Shown one piece after another: positions 36,412 through 45,485 of a stretch of 64,000 bases of DNA (within the stretch, counting starts at the first letter, position 1; each line of letters starts with the position of its first letter). The position numbers and the translations under genes were made by a program. The stretch is from a bacterium (GTDB lineage: Bacteria; Patescibacteriota; UBA1384; VFKW01). Where the stretch lies: positions 48,353-112,352 of the forward strand of contig JAUSIS010000013.1 in assembly GCA_030647355.1 (NCBI GenBank). Direction: 5' to 3'. The notes under the pieces are model-generated. The model did no database searches. It was not told the DNA's origin and saw only the letters and a program-made list of their open reading frames with translations.

Positions 36412-37707
36412 TCAAAAGTTTACTTCATACTGTCGTCGTATACAAAGCAATGAAAAAATCACCGCAAGAAACGCAAATATATTTCCCAGATAAAAACCGG
36501 CTGATGTCTCATTAATATTACTGACACCCGCCACTGTGGGAGCAACCTCGCTACCTTCTGTACCACTATCATTAGTCAGAGAATCACCTCGCGGTAACTC
36601 GGACGTAATCGCCCCATTCGCTCTTGACACAATTACTCTACCCTCTAAATTTGGCGACTTTGACGACCGTGTTGCTCGTTTTACAGCCCCCGAACCGGAA
36701 CCCGTACCTTGAGACATACCGACTATAGTGTCTTGATCGCTGCTATCTAGCTTCTCCTGAAGCGCCTTTACCCCGGCAATAAATGCCGCTTGAGATGTAG
36801 CGCTGGAATCAATCCTCCAGTCTGTCTCTTTGTTCATATTAAACCAGGTAAAACCGGAAACTCTGGTATATTTTGAAGCTAGTTTATCAAACATGTCCAA
36901 AATCCAACTCGCCTTGTCACCCCCCAATTCTGTCGAGCCGATTTCCGTAATAAAAATATTTTTACTAGAAAGTGCTACTAAATCATTATAAGAAGAGTCA
37001 AAAACCTCCTCAAAAGTTTGCCATACAGACTGCCATTCCTCCGTCTTTTGGCTCGTCCCCCAGTTATAGCCCTCTAGTCCAACATAATCAACATAATCGT
37101 CACCCGGATAAAGTTCGCCATAGGAATATCTTTCAAGCGAATGATGAACATTAGGCGCCCAAATCCATTGTACTTGATTGGCGCCAATAGCATCAAATTT
37201 TTCGATAACATAGCGCCAAAACAACTTATGATTTTCCGGGGTATTACCATTTTTACCAATTTCCCAAGACGGCCATCCATAACCGTTCATTTCTGGAGCG
37301 AGAGAAATGCGGATAGGAAAATTAAGGGCTTTGACGCTCAGGGCAAAATTATTAATATAAGTATCATATTTACCAGATGTAACGTCGGTATTAATAACAC
37401 CGGTGCCATTTATTTGCGGCTGCCATGTCAAATCGGGAATAGCCCCATGATCATGAAACCGTCCGACAATTCCCATATCCAAACTATCCGACCAATCCAA
37501 ATAAAATCGAGTTGATATAAATTTTATACCCAAATCCTTCTCGAAATTATCCAATACCGCAATATCATCGGTAGACCCGGGCATAAAAATATTCAGTTCC
37601 ACTTTCCGTTTCTCCTCGGCCTTCGAAATACCAATCGAACACCCGGCCACCAGCAGTATACTTAGAGCAACAACCCTCCATTTTGACATTAAACCCTCCA
37701 AAGTCAT
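36412..37707 (-). CDS. GH26-family (beta-mannanase-like) glycoside hydrolase lipoprotein with a C-terminal TM anchor
   Basis: Signal peptide plus lipobox LLVAGCS. Catalytic-region motifs LAPEMNGYGWPSW and WIWAPN resemble GH26 (HEMN...W). An S/G-rich linker and a C-terminal hydrophobic helix follow. Confidence 0.55.
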   Translation of the reverse strand: MTLEGLMSKWRVVALSILLVAGCSIGISKAEEKRKVELNIFMPGSTDDIAVLDNFEKDLGIKFISTRFYLDWSDSLDMGIVGRFHDHGAIPDLTWQPQINGTGVINTDVTSGKYDTYINNFALSVKALNFPIRISLAPEMNGYGWPSWEIGKNGNTPENHKLFWRYVIEKFDAIGANQVQWIWAPNVHHSLERYSYGELYPGDDYVDYVGLEGYNWGTSQKTEEWQSVWQTFEEVFDSSYNDLVALSSKNIFITEIGSTELGGDKASWILDMFDKLASKYTRVSGFTWFNMNKETDWRIDSSATSQAAFIAGVKALQEKLDSSDQDTIVGMSQGTGSGSGAVKRATRSSKSPNLEGRVIVSRANGAITSELPRGDSLTNDSGTEGSEVAPTVAGVSNINETSAGFYLGNIFAFLAVIFSLLCIRRQYEVNF

Positions 37708-37761
37708 TTCCCCTAATACTGCTGATATATAGGAAATGCCTCACTTTGTCAAATTTACAAT

Positions 37762-38802
37762 CTATGTGTCAACTTGATAACGGGTAACACTCTGCCAATC
37801 TAACTCTTTTTTAGCAAAAACAGACCGGAAAAACCCTAGGAGATTCATTGATAAATTTATCAAATACAATAAAGGGAATAGCGGAATATAAAGCATCGCC
37901 CAAAATTGGCGCTCAAGACTTATCATTATTGACGAAGTAATAATCAGCGAAACATACATCCAAAGCAAAACTCGAAGCACCATTTGAGGATAAACAATAA
38001 TTAAGGCGATGGACAAAGCAAGAGCAATATAATCCGAGAGCATAATATACAATTCGAGACCTATTCGCGAATATGATCTGTATAGTTTATGAAGAACTAC
38101 ATTCTGCCAAAACCCGGTGTACCAACGGAGGACCTGTCGGCAATAATCCCTTAAGGTTAATGGATCTTGCGTAACCACCTTGGCCTTAGGAGCATATATC
38201 ACCTTTCCTAACTTCTTTGTGTGGATTTGAAGAGTCAAATCAAAATCCTCCGTCAGAGTGCGTCCGGAAAAATCGAGGTTCGATAATACATCACTTCTGT
38301 ATAAAGATGCGCAACCAGGCGCTACCAATATAGTTCCCATTTTATCCTGAGCATTTTTAAAAACCCTATGTGTAAAACTATATTCATAAGTTCTAAAAGC
38401 ACTTACCAAACCCTTGCGATCACTCGTTACCGTTCCTACTATACAGGCCGGTTTCAAGTCAATAAACTTTTTTATTTCTTCGTAAAAATTACTCGACAAA
38501 CGACTATCGGCATCGGAAAACAGAATATACCGATATCGTTCGAGTAATTTTTTTGATTTTATCAGCCGATCAAGCGCCCGCGCCTTGCCTACCCTTCCCG
38601 TTAAGCTAAGGACATTTACATTTTGTGATTTTGCCAAGCTGGCAGTCCTATCAGTAGAACCATCGCTAACAACGTAAATGTGTTCTTTGCGCACGATGCG
38701 CTTCAATGCGCAGATAGATGAATCAATGACCTTCTCTTCGTTAAGGGCAGGGATGGCAACGCAGAAATCTGCTCTAGGCATTATGTCGTAGAACGCGCGC
38801 AA
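37762..38802 (-). CDS. family 2 glycosyltransferase with C-terminal TM helices (processive synthase-like)
   Basis: GT-A motifs VSDGSTDRT and FSDADSRL (DxD). 3-4 C-terminal TM helices, as in IcaA/PgaC-type synthases. Confidence 0.75.
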   Translation of the reverse strand: MRAFYDIMPRADFCVAIPALNEEKVIDSSICALKRIVRKEHIYVVSDGSTDRTASLAKSQNVNVLSLTGRVGKARALDRLIKSKKLLERYRYILFSDADSRLSSNFYEEIKKFIDLKPACIVGTVTSDRKGLVSAFRTYEYSFTHRVFKNAQDKMGTILVAPGCASLYRSDVLSNLDFSGRTLTEDFDLTLQIHTKKLGKVIYAPKAKVVTQDPLTLRDYCRQVLRWYTGFWQNVVLHKLYRSYSRIGLELYIMLSDYIALALSIALIIVYPQMVLRVLLWMYVSLIITSSIMISLERQFWAMLYIPLFPLLYLINLSMNLLGFFRSVFAKKELDWQSVTRYQVDT

Positions 38803-39076
38803 ATCGAACAGCTAAGCTGACAACATACAATGCAGCTACCACTAGTAAGTGGATGACAAAACTTGGACCGGCAACTGGTAGAGTATACATACCTATTCCT
38901 TTCTATAAAAAATAAGGAGGCGTTAGTCCTCCTTACTGGGTTGGCAACAGTATAAAACAATACCTGCCACAAGTCAACAGTTAATATCTACAAAAAAATT
39001 CATAATATATTAAATTAATGCCGATTATAAACTAATACCAATTGACTAATCTACCAAAATAAGGTAGCATCTGGTT

Positions 39077-40759
39077 ATGAAAAAAATTTCTTTAATTCTA
39101 ATTCCAGTATTAATCCTCATATTGTTGGCAAGTCGCCATGACAGCAAAGTTAGCCCGGATTCCTCCAACTTAATCAACAATCCCTCAGTCGAATCGATTA
39201 ACAAAATCACCAATAAACCAAATAATTGGAGTTCCGATAGCTGGGGCGAGAATCAGACAAAATTTACTTACGACAAAAAGAAATCCCAAGACGGGAAGAA
39301 TAGTCTTAAGGTAGAGATCGCTAAATACACAGACGGAGATGCAAAATGGCTATCCAAACCAATTCCGGTATTTTCGGATAAAGAATATAATTTTTCAAAT
39401 TATTACAAAAGTTCTGTTCCTACCGACACGGTAGTAAGATTTACCGATGACCATAATCAGATCACTTACAAAACCTTGGGAACTAACCCTCCCTCAAACA
39501 GCTGGAAGAAAATAAATTATACAATTAAAACGCCTCTGAATACTACTGAATTGACAGTCTTTCAAATAATAGGGTCTGTCGGATTCCTTCAAACTGATAG
39601 CTACAGTTTGAAGTATGCAACTGTTCCAATTATCACTAACAACATACCTAACAACTCTTTAGAACAAGCTTCTAATGAAAATAGCAATCTGCCCCTCGCA
39701 TGGCAGACAAATAATAATGGAGCTAACTCTGCCAAATTCACTTATCTAAAAGACGGCCATAATGGAGGCCGTAGCGTCAAAACACAAATCACCGGCTACA
39801 CAGGCGGAGACGCCAAATGGCACTATACACCTCAACCAATAGAGCCGGAAGCATCTTACCGATTTACAGACCTTTATAAGTCAAATATACAAAGCGAAGT
39901 CATCGTCGCTTTTACCCAAGACGATGAATCAACGATCTATCAATCATTAAAAAATGCCCCTGCCTCCTCTAGCTGGAATGAATATTCAGATATGATTACC
40001 ACTCCGGTCGGCAGTCAAGAAGTTACTGTCTATCATCTCATTGCTGGTATAGGATATCTCATTACGGATGATTATTCGTTAATCCCTGTATCCGTCCCGG
40101 GATTCAATCGAGCAATAGTGACGCTTACCTTTGATGACGGTTTCGAATCGGTCTACAAGAACGGTCTGCCGCTCATGAAAAAGTATGACATATCATCCAC
40201 TCAATATATAATTTCAAATATGATAAACGAACCGAATTATATGAGTAAAAGCCAAATAGCTAGATTGCAATCTAATGGTCATGAGATAGGTTCTCATACC
40301 AAAAGCCACGCTGATCTTACCAGCTTAACACTAAATGATCTGAAAAATGAACTGGCTCAGTCCAAAATCGATTTAGAAAGAAAATTCAACTCAATTACTA
40401 ATCTTGCCATTCCCTATGGAGCTCATAACGACCAAGTCATAACCCAGACCAAACAATATTATCGCTCAGCGAGAACAACGGACACCGGTTATAATTCAAT
40501 CACTACTTTCAATCCCTATCAACTTAGAATCCAGGAGGTCAACAACTCCACAACTCCTCAAGAGATCGCAAGCTGGGTTGATAAGGCGATACAAGATAAA
40601 GTTTGGCTAATCATCCTATACCACAGAATAGAAGACAAAGGTGGCCTATTTAGCACAACCCCTAAAATCTTCGAAGAAAATCTAAGTTATATAAAAACAA
40701 GCGATGTAAAAACAGCTACTCTCAACCAAGCACTAGATGAGCTGACACCCCAACTTTAA
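39077..40759 (+). CDS. secreted polysaccharide deacetylase (CE4/NodB) with two N-terminal carbohydrate-binding-like repeats
   Basis: Signal peptide. Two repeats of about 170 aa (WSSDSWGENQTKFTY.. and WQTNNNGANSAKFTY..). NodB motifs TFDDGFES and HEIGSHTKSH. Confidence 0.8.
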   Translation: MKKISLILIPVLILILLASRHDSKVSPDSSNLINNPSVESINKITNKPNNWSSDSWGENQTKFTYDKKKSQDGKNSLKVEIAKYTDGDAKWLSKPIPVFSDKEYNFSNYYKSSVPTDTVVRFTDDHNQITYKTLGTNPPSNSWKKINYTIKTPLNTTELTVFQIIGSVGFLQTDSYSLKYATVPIITNNIPNNSLEQASNENSNLPLAWQTNNNGANSAKFTYLKDGHNGGRSVKTQITGYTGGDAKWHYTPQPIEPEASYRFTDLYKSNIQSEVIVAFTQDDESTIYQSLKNAPASSSWNEYSDMITTPVGSQEVTVYHLIAGIGYLITDDYSLIPVSVPGFNRAIVTLTFDDGFESVYKNGLPLMKKYDISSTQYIISNMINEPNYMSKSQIARLQSNGHEIGSHTKSHADLTSLTLNDLKNELAQSKIDLERKFNSITNLAIPYGAHNDQVITQTKQYYRSARTTDTGYNSITTFNPYQLRIQEVNNSTTPQEIASWVDKAIQDKVWLIILYHRIEDKGGLFSTTPKIFEENLSYIKTSDVKTATLNQALDELTPQL

Positions 40760-40771
40760 AGAAGTTATAAA

Positions 40772-40801
40772 CAAAAAAACGCCTGCCAGGCGTTTTTTTG
40801 A
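40772..40801. terminator. bidirectional rho-independent terminator
   Basis: aaaaaaacgcctg-cca-ggcgtttttttg, a symmetric A-run/T-run hairpin. Confidence 0.6.
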
Positions 40802-41089
40802 TCTGGCACCGCCAACGGGAGTCCTCCTCACCTGTCATTCCACTGTGCTGCGGCACCCCGGGCGTTCACATCTCACGCCCGTCGCATATGTGCTCGTTAT
40901 TCCTCGCATACGACCCTTCGGAGACTGGGTTCCTCGCTTACGCTCCGCTAAAATCACTCGCCTTTGTCGGCCGTCTCCAGCTTTGCCGGAGAATCAGGGC
41001 GGCCTGACGTAAGATGAATTCGGCTCCGCCGATCTATATAAATGACGAACATCCACTGGATGCGTTCGGGTTCGCTTCGACTCCCGGAT
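40802..41089 (-). other. GC-rich (about 60%) 290-bp segment between the tRNA-Glu terminator and a duplicated tRNA 3' fragment; candidate ncRNA or integration scar
   Basis: 40808-40823 (accgccaacgggagtc) duplicates the T-stem and acceptor 3' strand of tRNA-Glu at 41126-41197. On the minus strand the segment ends ...ctcccgttggcggtGCCA, an encoded CCA, directly before the terminator. No convincing ORF. Confidence 0.3.
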
Positions 41090-41122
41090 AAATATAAAAT
41101 GACCACACGGGTCATTTTATAT
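41090..41122 (-). terminator. rho-independent terminator following tRNA-Glu
   Basis: aaaatgacc-acacg-ggtcatttt. Confidence 0.5.
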
Positions 41123-41125
41123 TTG

Positions 41126-41197
41126 TACCGCCAACGGGAGTCGAACCCGTATTACAAGGTTGAGAACCTTGCGTCCTAACCGCTAGACGATGGCGGC
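41126..41197 (-). tRNA. tRNA-Glu (anticodon CUC)
   Basis: Manual fold: acceptor GCCGCCA/TGGCGGT, D-arm GTCT-AGCGGTTA-GGAC, anticodon arm CAAGG-TTCTCAA-CCTTG, T-arm ACGGG-TTCGACT-CCCGT, discriminator A. CCA is not encoded. Confidence 0.75.
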
Positions 41198-41253
41198 ATA
41201 AAATCCTCGGCTGTTTCAGCCGATTAAAAACCAACATTCCCTAAACTGAAAAT

Positions 41254-41634
41254 CTAGCTCTTAACAGAAAAATATTCATCAATTATCTCAATAATCTTTT
41301 GAGGAGTAACTTCTGTCTTTAAAAGAAAATCAATAACATGCGGTTGAGCGTCTTTGCGGTAATTGAAATGATCATAAGCAGTTAATACCAGTATAGGAAT
41401 CTCCTTCAGCATCGGGTTGCTCTTCAATATCCTGATAACCTGTATCCCGCCTTGCTTAGGGAGCATCAAATCTAAAAGTATCAGATCCGGCGTTTCCCCT
41501 ATTGCTTTCACAACTGCCTTTTCCCCGTCCTCTGCCGTTACAACCTTATATCCAGCTTTTTCTAACCTTATTTTATATAATCGAAGCAACTCGCTGTCAT
41601 CTTCGACAACTAATATTTTCCGGAAGAATTTCAT
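41254..41634 (-). CDS. single-domain response regulator (CheY-like receiver)
   Basis: ILVVEDDSELL...LLDLMLPKQGG...VLTAY. Confidence 0.8.
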   Translation of the reverse strand: MKFFRKILVVEDDSELLRLYKIRLEKAGYKVVTAEDGEKAVVKAIGETPDLILLDLMLPKQGGIQVIRILKSNPMLKEIPILVLTAYDHFNYRKDAQPHVIDFLLKTEVTPQKIIEIIDEYFSVKS

Positions 41635-41700
41635 ATTCCTCCTTAATTGAGCACATTGTATCAGAAATGCCCGGTAATTTCAAATATTATAGAAAGCGGA

Positions 41701-41892
41701 CTACTTCTTGGATTCGGTAAGAATGGGATAGATCAAATAAAGGAAACGCTTCATACCCTTATCTTTCTCCAAGTACTCCTGCTTAATAGCAGAATCGGCA
41801 TCATAGAGCACATCCGCAAACCAACCGGCGCTGTGCTCCATAACATCCCCTACCGTGACAAATTCCCTGATTGCTTTTCTCGTCATGGTCAA
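41701..41892 (-). CDS. possible small hypothetical protein
   Basis: 63-aa ORF that fills the gap between the receiver gene and sodA. No homology. May be spurious. Confidence 0.2.
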   Translation of the reverse strand: MTMTRKAIREFVTVGDVMEHSAGWFADVLYDADSAIKQEYLEKDKGMKRFLYLIYPILTESKK

Positions 41893-41985
41893 CTCCTTTA
41901 TTTAACAATAGACTAGTGAATACGAGAAATATTTAGAATTTATATTAATTATTAATCAATATTAGAGCAATGTTTGACATTTTAA

Positions 41986-42576
41986 CTAAACAGCTGAAAG
42001 AAACCTCTTATTAACCATATCCCAGTCAATATTTTTCCAAAAAGCTTCGATATAGCCCTTCCTATCGCTGCCATAATCTATAAAATAGGCATGCTCATAG
42101 ACATCCAGCACCAAAATTGGAATCGCTCCCCATATTCCTCCTTGGTTGTGGGCGTCGCAGGCATAGCAGTGTAACTTGGCATCCAACGGATTTACTGCCA
42201 ATACAACCCACCCTCTTGCGCCCATGCCGGAAGCCGTTAGAACCCCTTTAAAACCATCCATTGAACCAAACTGGTCAATTATGGCTCTTCCGACTTCCAA
42301 GCCCCTAGGCAAGCCCTTACCACCCAAATTATCAAAATACAGCTCGTGAAGAATAATCCCATCGCAAGTAAAGGTTTCGCCTTGTTGTAAATCTCGCCAC
42401 TCACTTTGCGACGCGTTAGCTTCTGCTTGATTGACTGACTCCAATTTCTCCTGTATTTCGTTATATTTCTTAACATAACCCTGATAGAGTTTGCCCCAAT
42501 GGGTTTCCAGAGTCTTACTCGAGATACCCTCGAGAGACTTCATGTCAAATTTTAATGGTTTAGGTTCATACGCCAT
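41986..42576 (-). CDS. sodA: Fe/Mn superoxide dismutase
   Basis: Metal ligands and the DVYEHAYFIDY motif. N-terminal H..H region. RBS ggaga upstream of the ATG at 42576. Confidence 0.85.
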   Translation of the reverse strand: MAYEPKPLKFDMKSLEGISSKTLETHWGKLYQGYVKKYNEIQEKLESVNQAEANASQSEWRDLQQGETFTCDGIILHELYFDNLGGKGLPRGLEVGRAIIDQFGSMDGFKGVLTASGMGARGWVVLAVNPLDAKLHCYACDAHNQGGIWGAIPILVLDVYEHAYFIDYGSDRKGYIEAFWKNIDWDMVNKRFLSAV

Positions 42577-42603
42577 ACATTCTCCAATCTCTACCACTAT
42601 ACC

Positions 42604-43047
42604 TTAAATATTTTCCTGTTCATTATCAATTCTTCTAGATTTATAGTTCACAATCGCCGCTCGAAGGGCTTGATCGCCCAAAACCGAACAGTGTATTTTG
42701 CGAGCGGGCAGCCCGTCTAGCTTCGACACTATATCCTGGGGACGGATCTTCCCGGCCTCCTCAAGGGTCATTCCGGTTACCATCTCCGACATAACAGAAG
42801 TAGAGGCAATAGCTGAAGCGCACCCAAAGGTCTGCCATTTGCACTCGGTTATCCTATCTTTGGCTACTTTGATAAAAACTCTCATAAGATCGCCGCAAGC
42901 CGGGCTTCCAACCTCTCCCACACCATCAAACTGGTGAATATCAATTTTACCCGAAATAAAATTGCGGGGATTTAAAAAGTGATCCTTAACCTTATCCGAA
43001 TAGACCCAACCCGCACCATCCTGAGAAATGTCAGGTAATTTACTCAT
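42604..43047 (-). CDS. iscU: Fe-S cluster assembly scaffold (NifU/IscU/SufU-type)
   Basis: Conserved Cys triad context GSPACGDLMRVF ... CASAIAS ... HCSVLGDQA. Confidence 0.8.
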   Translation of the reverse strand: MSKLPDISQDGAGWVYSDKVKDHFLNPRNFISGKIDIHQFDGVGEVGSPACGDLMRVFIKVAKDRITECKWQTFGCASAIASTSVMSEMVTGMTLEEAGKIRPQDIVSKLDGLPARKIHCSVLGDQALRAAIVNYKSRRIDNEQENI

Positions 43048-44372
43048 ATTTTCTCCTTATCGCTTCTAATTGCCGAGATACTCCTTAGACGTGAAACGAC
43101 AGATGGCAGTACCGCCAAGACATAATCTATATCTTGTTTAGTTGTCCTGCGGCCAAGACTAAACCTTAAACTACCATGCGCTCCCTCATGTGACAAACCA
43201 ATTGCCTTCAAGACATGAGATGGCTCCAAACTATCAGAATTGCACGCCGAACCCGTTGAAACAGCTATCCCTTCCTCGTCAAGCATCAGCACCATCGCCT
43301 CCCCTTCTACACCATAAAAACTAAAATTAGCATTTCCCGGCAATCTATTAACCTTTGAGCCATTTAAACCGGTGTTGCTTATCCGAGTCAATACCCCATC
43401 AATCAGATAATCACGTAATTTTGCTAATCGGGCAGACTCCCCTGTCCTCTCTCTGTCAGCTATCTTGAGCGCTTCCGTAAACCCGACAATCCCTAGAATA
43501 TTCTCTGTTCCACTTCTTAATCCACCTTGCTGACCACCGCCAAAGATAACAGGTTGTATCTTTACCCCATTTCGCACATACAAAATCCCTATACCCGTCG
43601 GGCCATAAATCTTCGTGCCATTCGAGGTTAACAAATCAACATTTAACCTGTTAACATCCAAATCTAAATATCCAGCGGCTTGACAAGCATCGGTATGAAA
43701 ATATATCTTTCCATTATTTTGAGATTTGTCCGCCAGCTGGCGGATTGATTTTTGAGTTTTCAGCCAATTACCAATTTCGGCGATTGGCTGTACTGTTCCT
43801 ATCTCATTATTGGCATACATTATCGAAATTAAGATGGTTTCAGGTCGAATAGCCTGCTTTATATCTTCTAATTTAACCAGCCCATCCTTATCCACCGGTA
43901 GATATGTAACTTCAAACCCCTCTGATTCTAACTGTTTACAGGCGTTAAGCACAGCATGATGCTCAAATTGAGTAGTAATAATATGCCCTTTACATCTAGA
44001 TTCTGAATTCTGGAACATGGAATTAAGTTTGGAATTTTGAACATCAGAATTTTGGATTTGTTTAGAATTTAGAATTTCGGATTTAGAGTTTGCTCTGGCC
44101 ACCCCCAAAATTGCCAGATTATCACTCTCAGTCCCTCCGGAAGTAAAAACTATCTCATCGCTTTGGCAGTGGAGTATCCAGGAAATTTCCGTCCTGCAGT
44201 CACCTATTTTATCCCTTGTCGCCCTTCCTCTTGTATAAATACTAGACGGATTACCGTAACCTCCCTTTAAATAAGGTTCCATCGCCAAAAATACTCTCTT
44301 ATCGAGAGGTGCCAAAGCCGCATGATCTAAATAAACTTCTCTTCTTTCCATCTTTCCCTCATCATTACTCAA
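43044..44372 (-). CDS. nifS: cysteine desulfurase (NifS/IscS) with two in-frame insertions
   Basis: PLP-dependent class V fold. The active-site loop SGSACNS (catalytic Cys) is present. TTG start with an open frame. Contains a low-complexity insertion (43995-44095) and the palindromic element (43717-43760). Confidence 0.85.
   Translation of the reverse strand: MSNDEGKMERREVYLDHAALAPLDKRVFLAMEPYLKGGYGNPSSIYTRGRATRDKIGDCRTEISWILHCQSDEIVFTSGGTESDNLAILGVARANSKSEILNSKQIQNSDVQNSKLNSMFQNSESRCKGHIITTQFEHHAVLNACKQLESEGFEVTYLPVDKDGLVKLEDIKQAIRPETILISIMYANNEIGTVQPIAEIGNWLKTQKSIRQLADKSQNNGKIYFHTDACQAAGYLDLDVNRLNVDLLTSNGTKIYGPTGIGILYVRNGVKIQPVIFGGGQQGGLRSGTENILGIVGFTEALKIADRERTGESARLAKLRDYLIDGVLTRISNTGLNGSKVNRLPGNANFSFYGVEGEAMVLMLDEEGIAVSTGSACNSDSLEPSHVLKAIGLSHEGAHGSLRFSLGRRTTKQDIDYVLAVLPSVVSRLRSISAIRSDKEKI
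43717..43760. repeat. palindromic element inserted in-frame in nifS (encodes TQKSIRQLADKSQ)
   Basis: tccgccagctggcgga at 43729-43744. Near-identical to 10470-10511. Confidence 0.6.
43995..44095. repeat. degenerate GAATTT-type microsatellite-like tract inside nifS
   Basis: Repeats of gaatt(t)tgga / agaattt. It encodes the low-complexity peptide SKSEILNSKQIQNSDVQNSKLNSMFQNSESR inside the NifS fold. Confidence 0.5.
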
Positions 44373-44373
44373 A

Positions 44374-44507
44374 GGTGAACTGTTTTATCGAAAGGTCTTT
44401 CGCAGGTGAGCAAGCATGGTTCCGCCAACTGGCGGATTGCGAACCGAGAATGAGCGACAATTTTCGCTGGAAAATTGTACGCGTGCCTTGAGATAAAATA
44501 TTTCACC
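44374..44507. repeat. TIR-flanked dispersed repeat, copy B, filling the nfu-nifS intergenic space
   Basis: Inverted repeats of about 22 bp: ggtgaactgttttatcgaaagg and ccttgagataaaatatttcacc. Core about 80% identical to copy A (7587-7720). Carries the palindrome variant tccgccaactggcgga at 44421-44436. Confidence 0.55.
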
Positions 44508-44726
44508 CTACACCGCCCTCAACTCCTTAAATCCCTTCATCTTCTCAGTCAAAAGTTTCTCAACCCCCATTTTAAGAGTTATAGAAGCCATCGGACAACC
44601 ATTACATGCTCCAATCAAATGAACCTTAACAACCCCGTCTTTTAGCTCAACTAATTCAACATCTCCTCCATCGGCCTGCAAACTCGGCCTTATCTCATCT
44701 AATATCTTTTCCACATCTTCATGCAT
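44508..44726 (-). CDS. NifU C-terminal-domain (Nfu-type) Fe-S carrier protein
   Basis: CxxC motif GACNGCPMASITLKMGVE. Confidence 0.7.
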   Translation of the reverse strand: MHEDVEKILDEIRPSLQADGGDVELVELKDGVVKVHLIGACNGCPMASITLKMGVEKLLTEKMKGFKELRAV

Positions 44727-45130
44727 GACGCATCTCCTTTCACTAACTTTCCTAATGTTAAATCACCAATAATACCATCTATCGCTCCCTGTAAAGAAAT
44801 AAGAATCGAATTCCTCGGACAAACTGACGAACCTGCGCACTCCTTTTCCCCTCCACAACAGGGACAGTGGATAATCGGCTCGCCGATCGCCTCCAAGACC
44901 TCCCTTAAAACTATCCTATCTGCAGGCTTGGCTAGCCGATAACCGCCGGATTTACCTTCTTCACCCGCAACTAACCCTGCTTTTGATAGTAAAAAAGCTA
45001 CATTTCGCAGCAATCCATAAGAAACCTGACATTTTTTCGCCAGTTGAGATAAGGACACTAGTCCGGTGCCCTCAAGCGCCAGTTCGCTGGCTAGTATCAC
45101 AGAATATTCTGCTTTTTTAGTAAATTTCAT
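44699..45130 (-). CDS. Rrf2-family transcriptional regulator (IscR-like)
   Basis: N-terminal wHTH (KAEYSVILASELA...LSQLAKKCQVSYGLL) and a C-terminal Cys cluster CPCCGGEKECAGSSVC. Confidence 0.75.
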   Translation of the reverse strand: MKFTKKAEYSVILASELALEGTGLVSLSQLAKKCQVSYGLLRNVAFLLSKAGLVAGEEGKSGGYRLAKPADRIVLREVLEAIGEPIIHCPCCGGEKECAGSSVCPRNSILISLQGAIDGIIGDLTLGKLVKGDASCMKMWKRY

Positions 45131-45224
45131 CTTATACCTTACTGTTACTATTCTAGTTACAGTTTAGCACATTCAAAATGACAGTCAAGCATAAATTCAA
45201 CTCTAAAGTCATAAAAAGTCCGTT

Positions 45225-45485
45225 TTATTTTAGCTCAAGTATTTTATCAATTTTTTCCCTGTCAAAACCTATGATAATTTCATCCCCGACCCATATCTGC
45301 GGTACGCTTGTCTGACCGGACTTCCCCACCATCTTTTCAGATTGATAAGGATCTATCAAAACATCAATCGCTTTATATCTAACTTTCTTTTCGTCCAAAT
45401 ATTGCTTCAATCGTAAACACCATGGACATTGGGGTGTTGAATATACAATAACATTTTTATCCATAATCCCCCTAAATGGCGTCAA
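45225..45485 (-). CDS. glutaredoxin-like protein
   Basis: CPWC active site in a thioredoxin fold. 86 aa. Confidence 0.7.
   Translation of the reverse strand: MTPFRGIMDKNVIVYSTPQCPWCLRLKQYLDEKKVRYKAIDVLIDPYQSEKMVGKSGQTSVPQIWVGDEIIIGFDREKIDKILELK

Noticed and set aside
40798-41007. 69-aa plus-strand ORF
   Set aside because: It falls inside the GC-rich segment directly after a terminator, with no RBS. It is a likely artefact of high GC content.
40802-41089. tmRNA (ssrA) on the minus strand
   Set aside because: The 3' end mimics a tRNA acceptor and ends in CCA, but there is no T-arm (GGTTCGA-type loop) upstream of it. No tag-peptide reading frame ending in a hydrophobic ALAA-like sequence was found.
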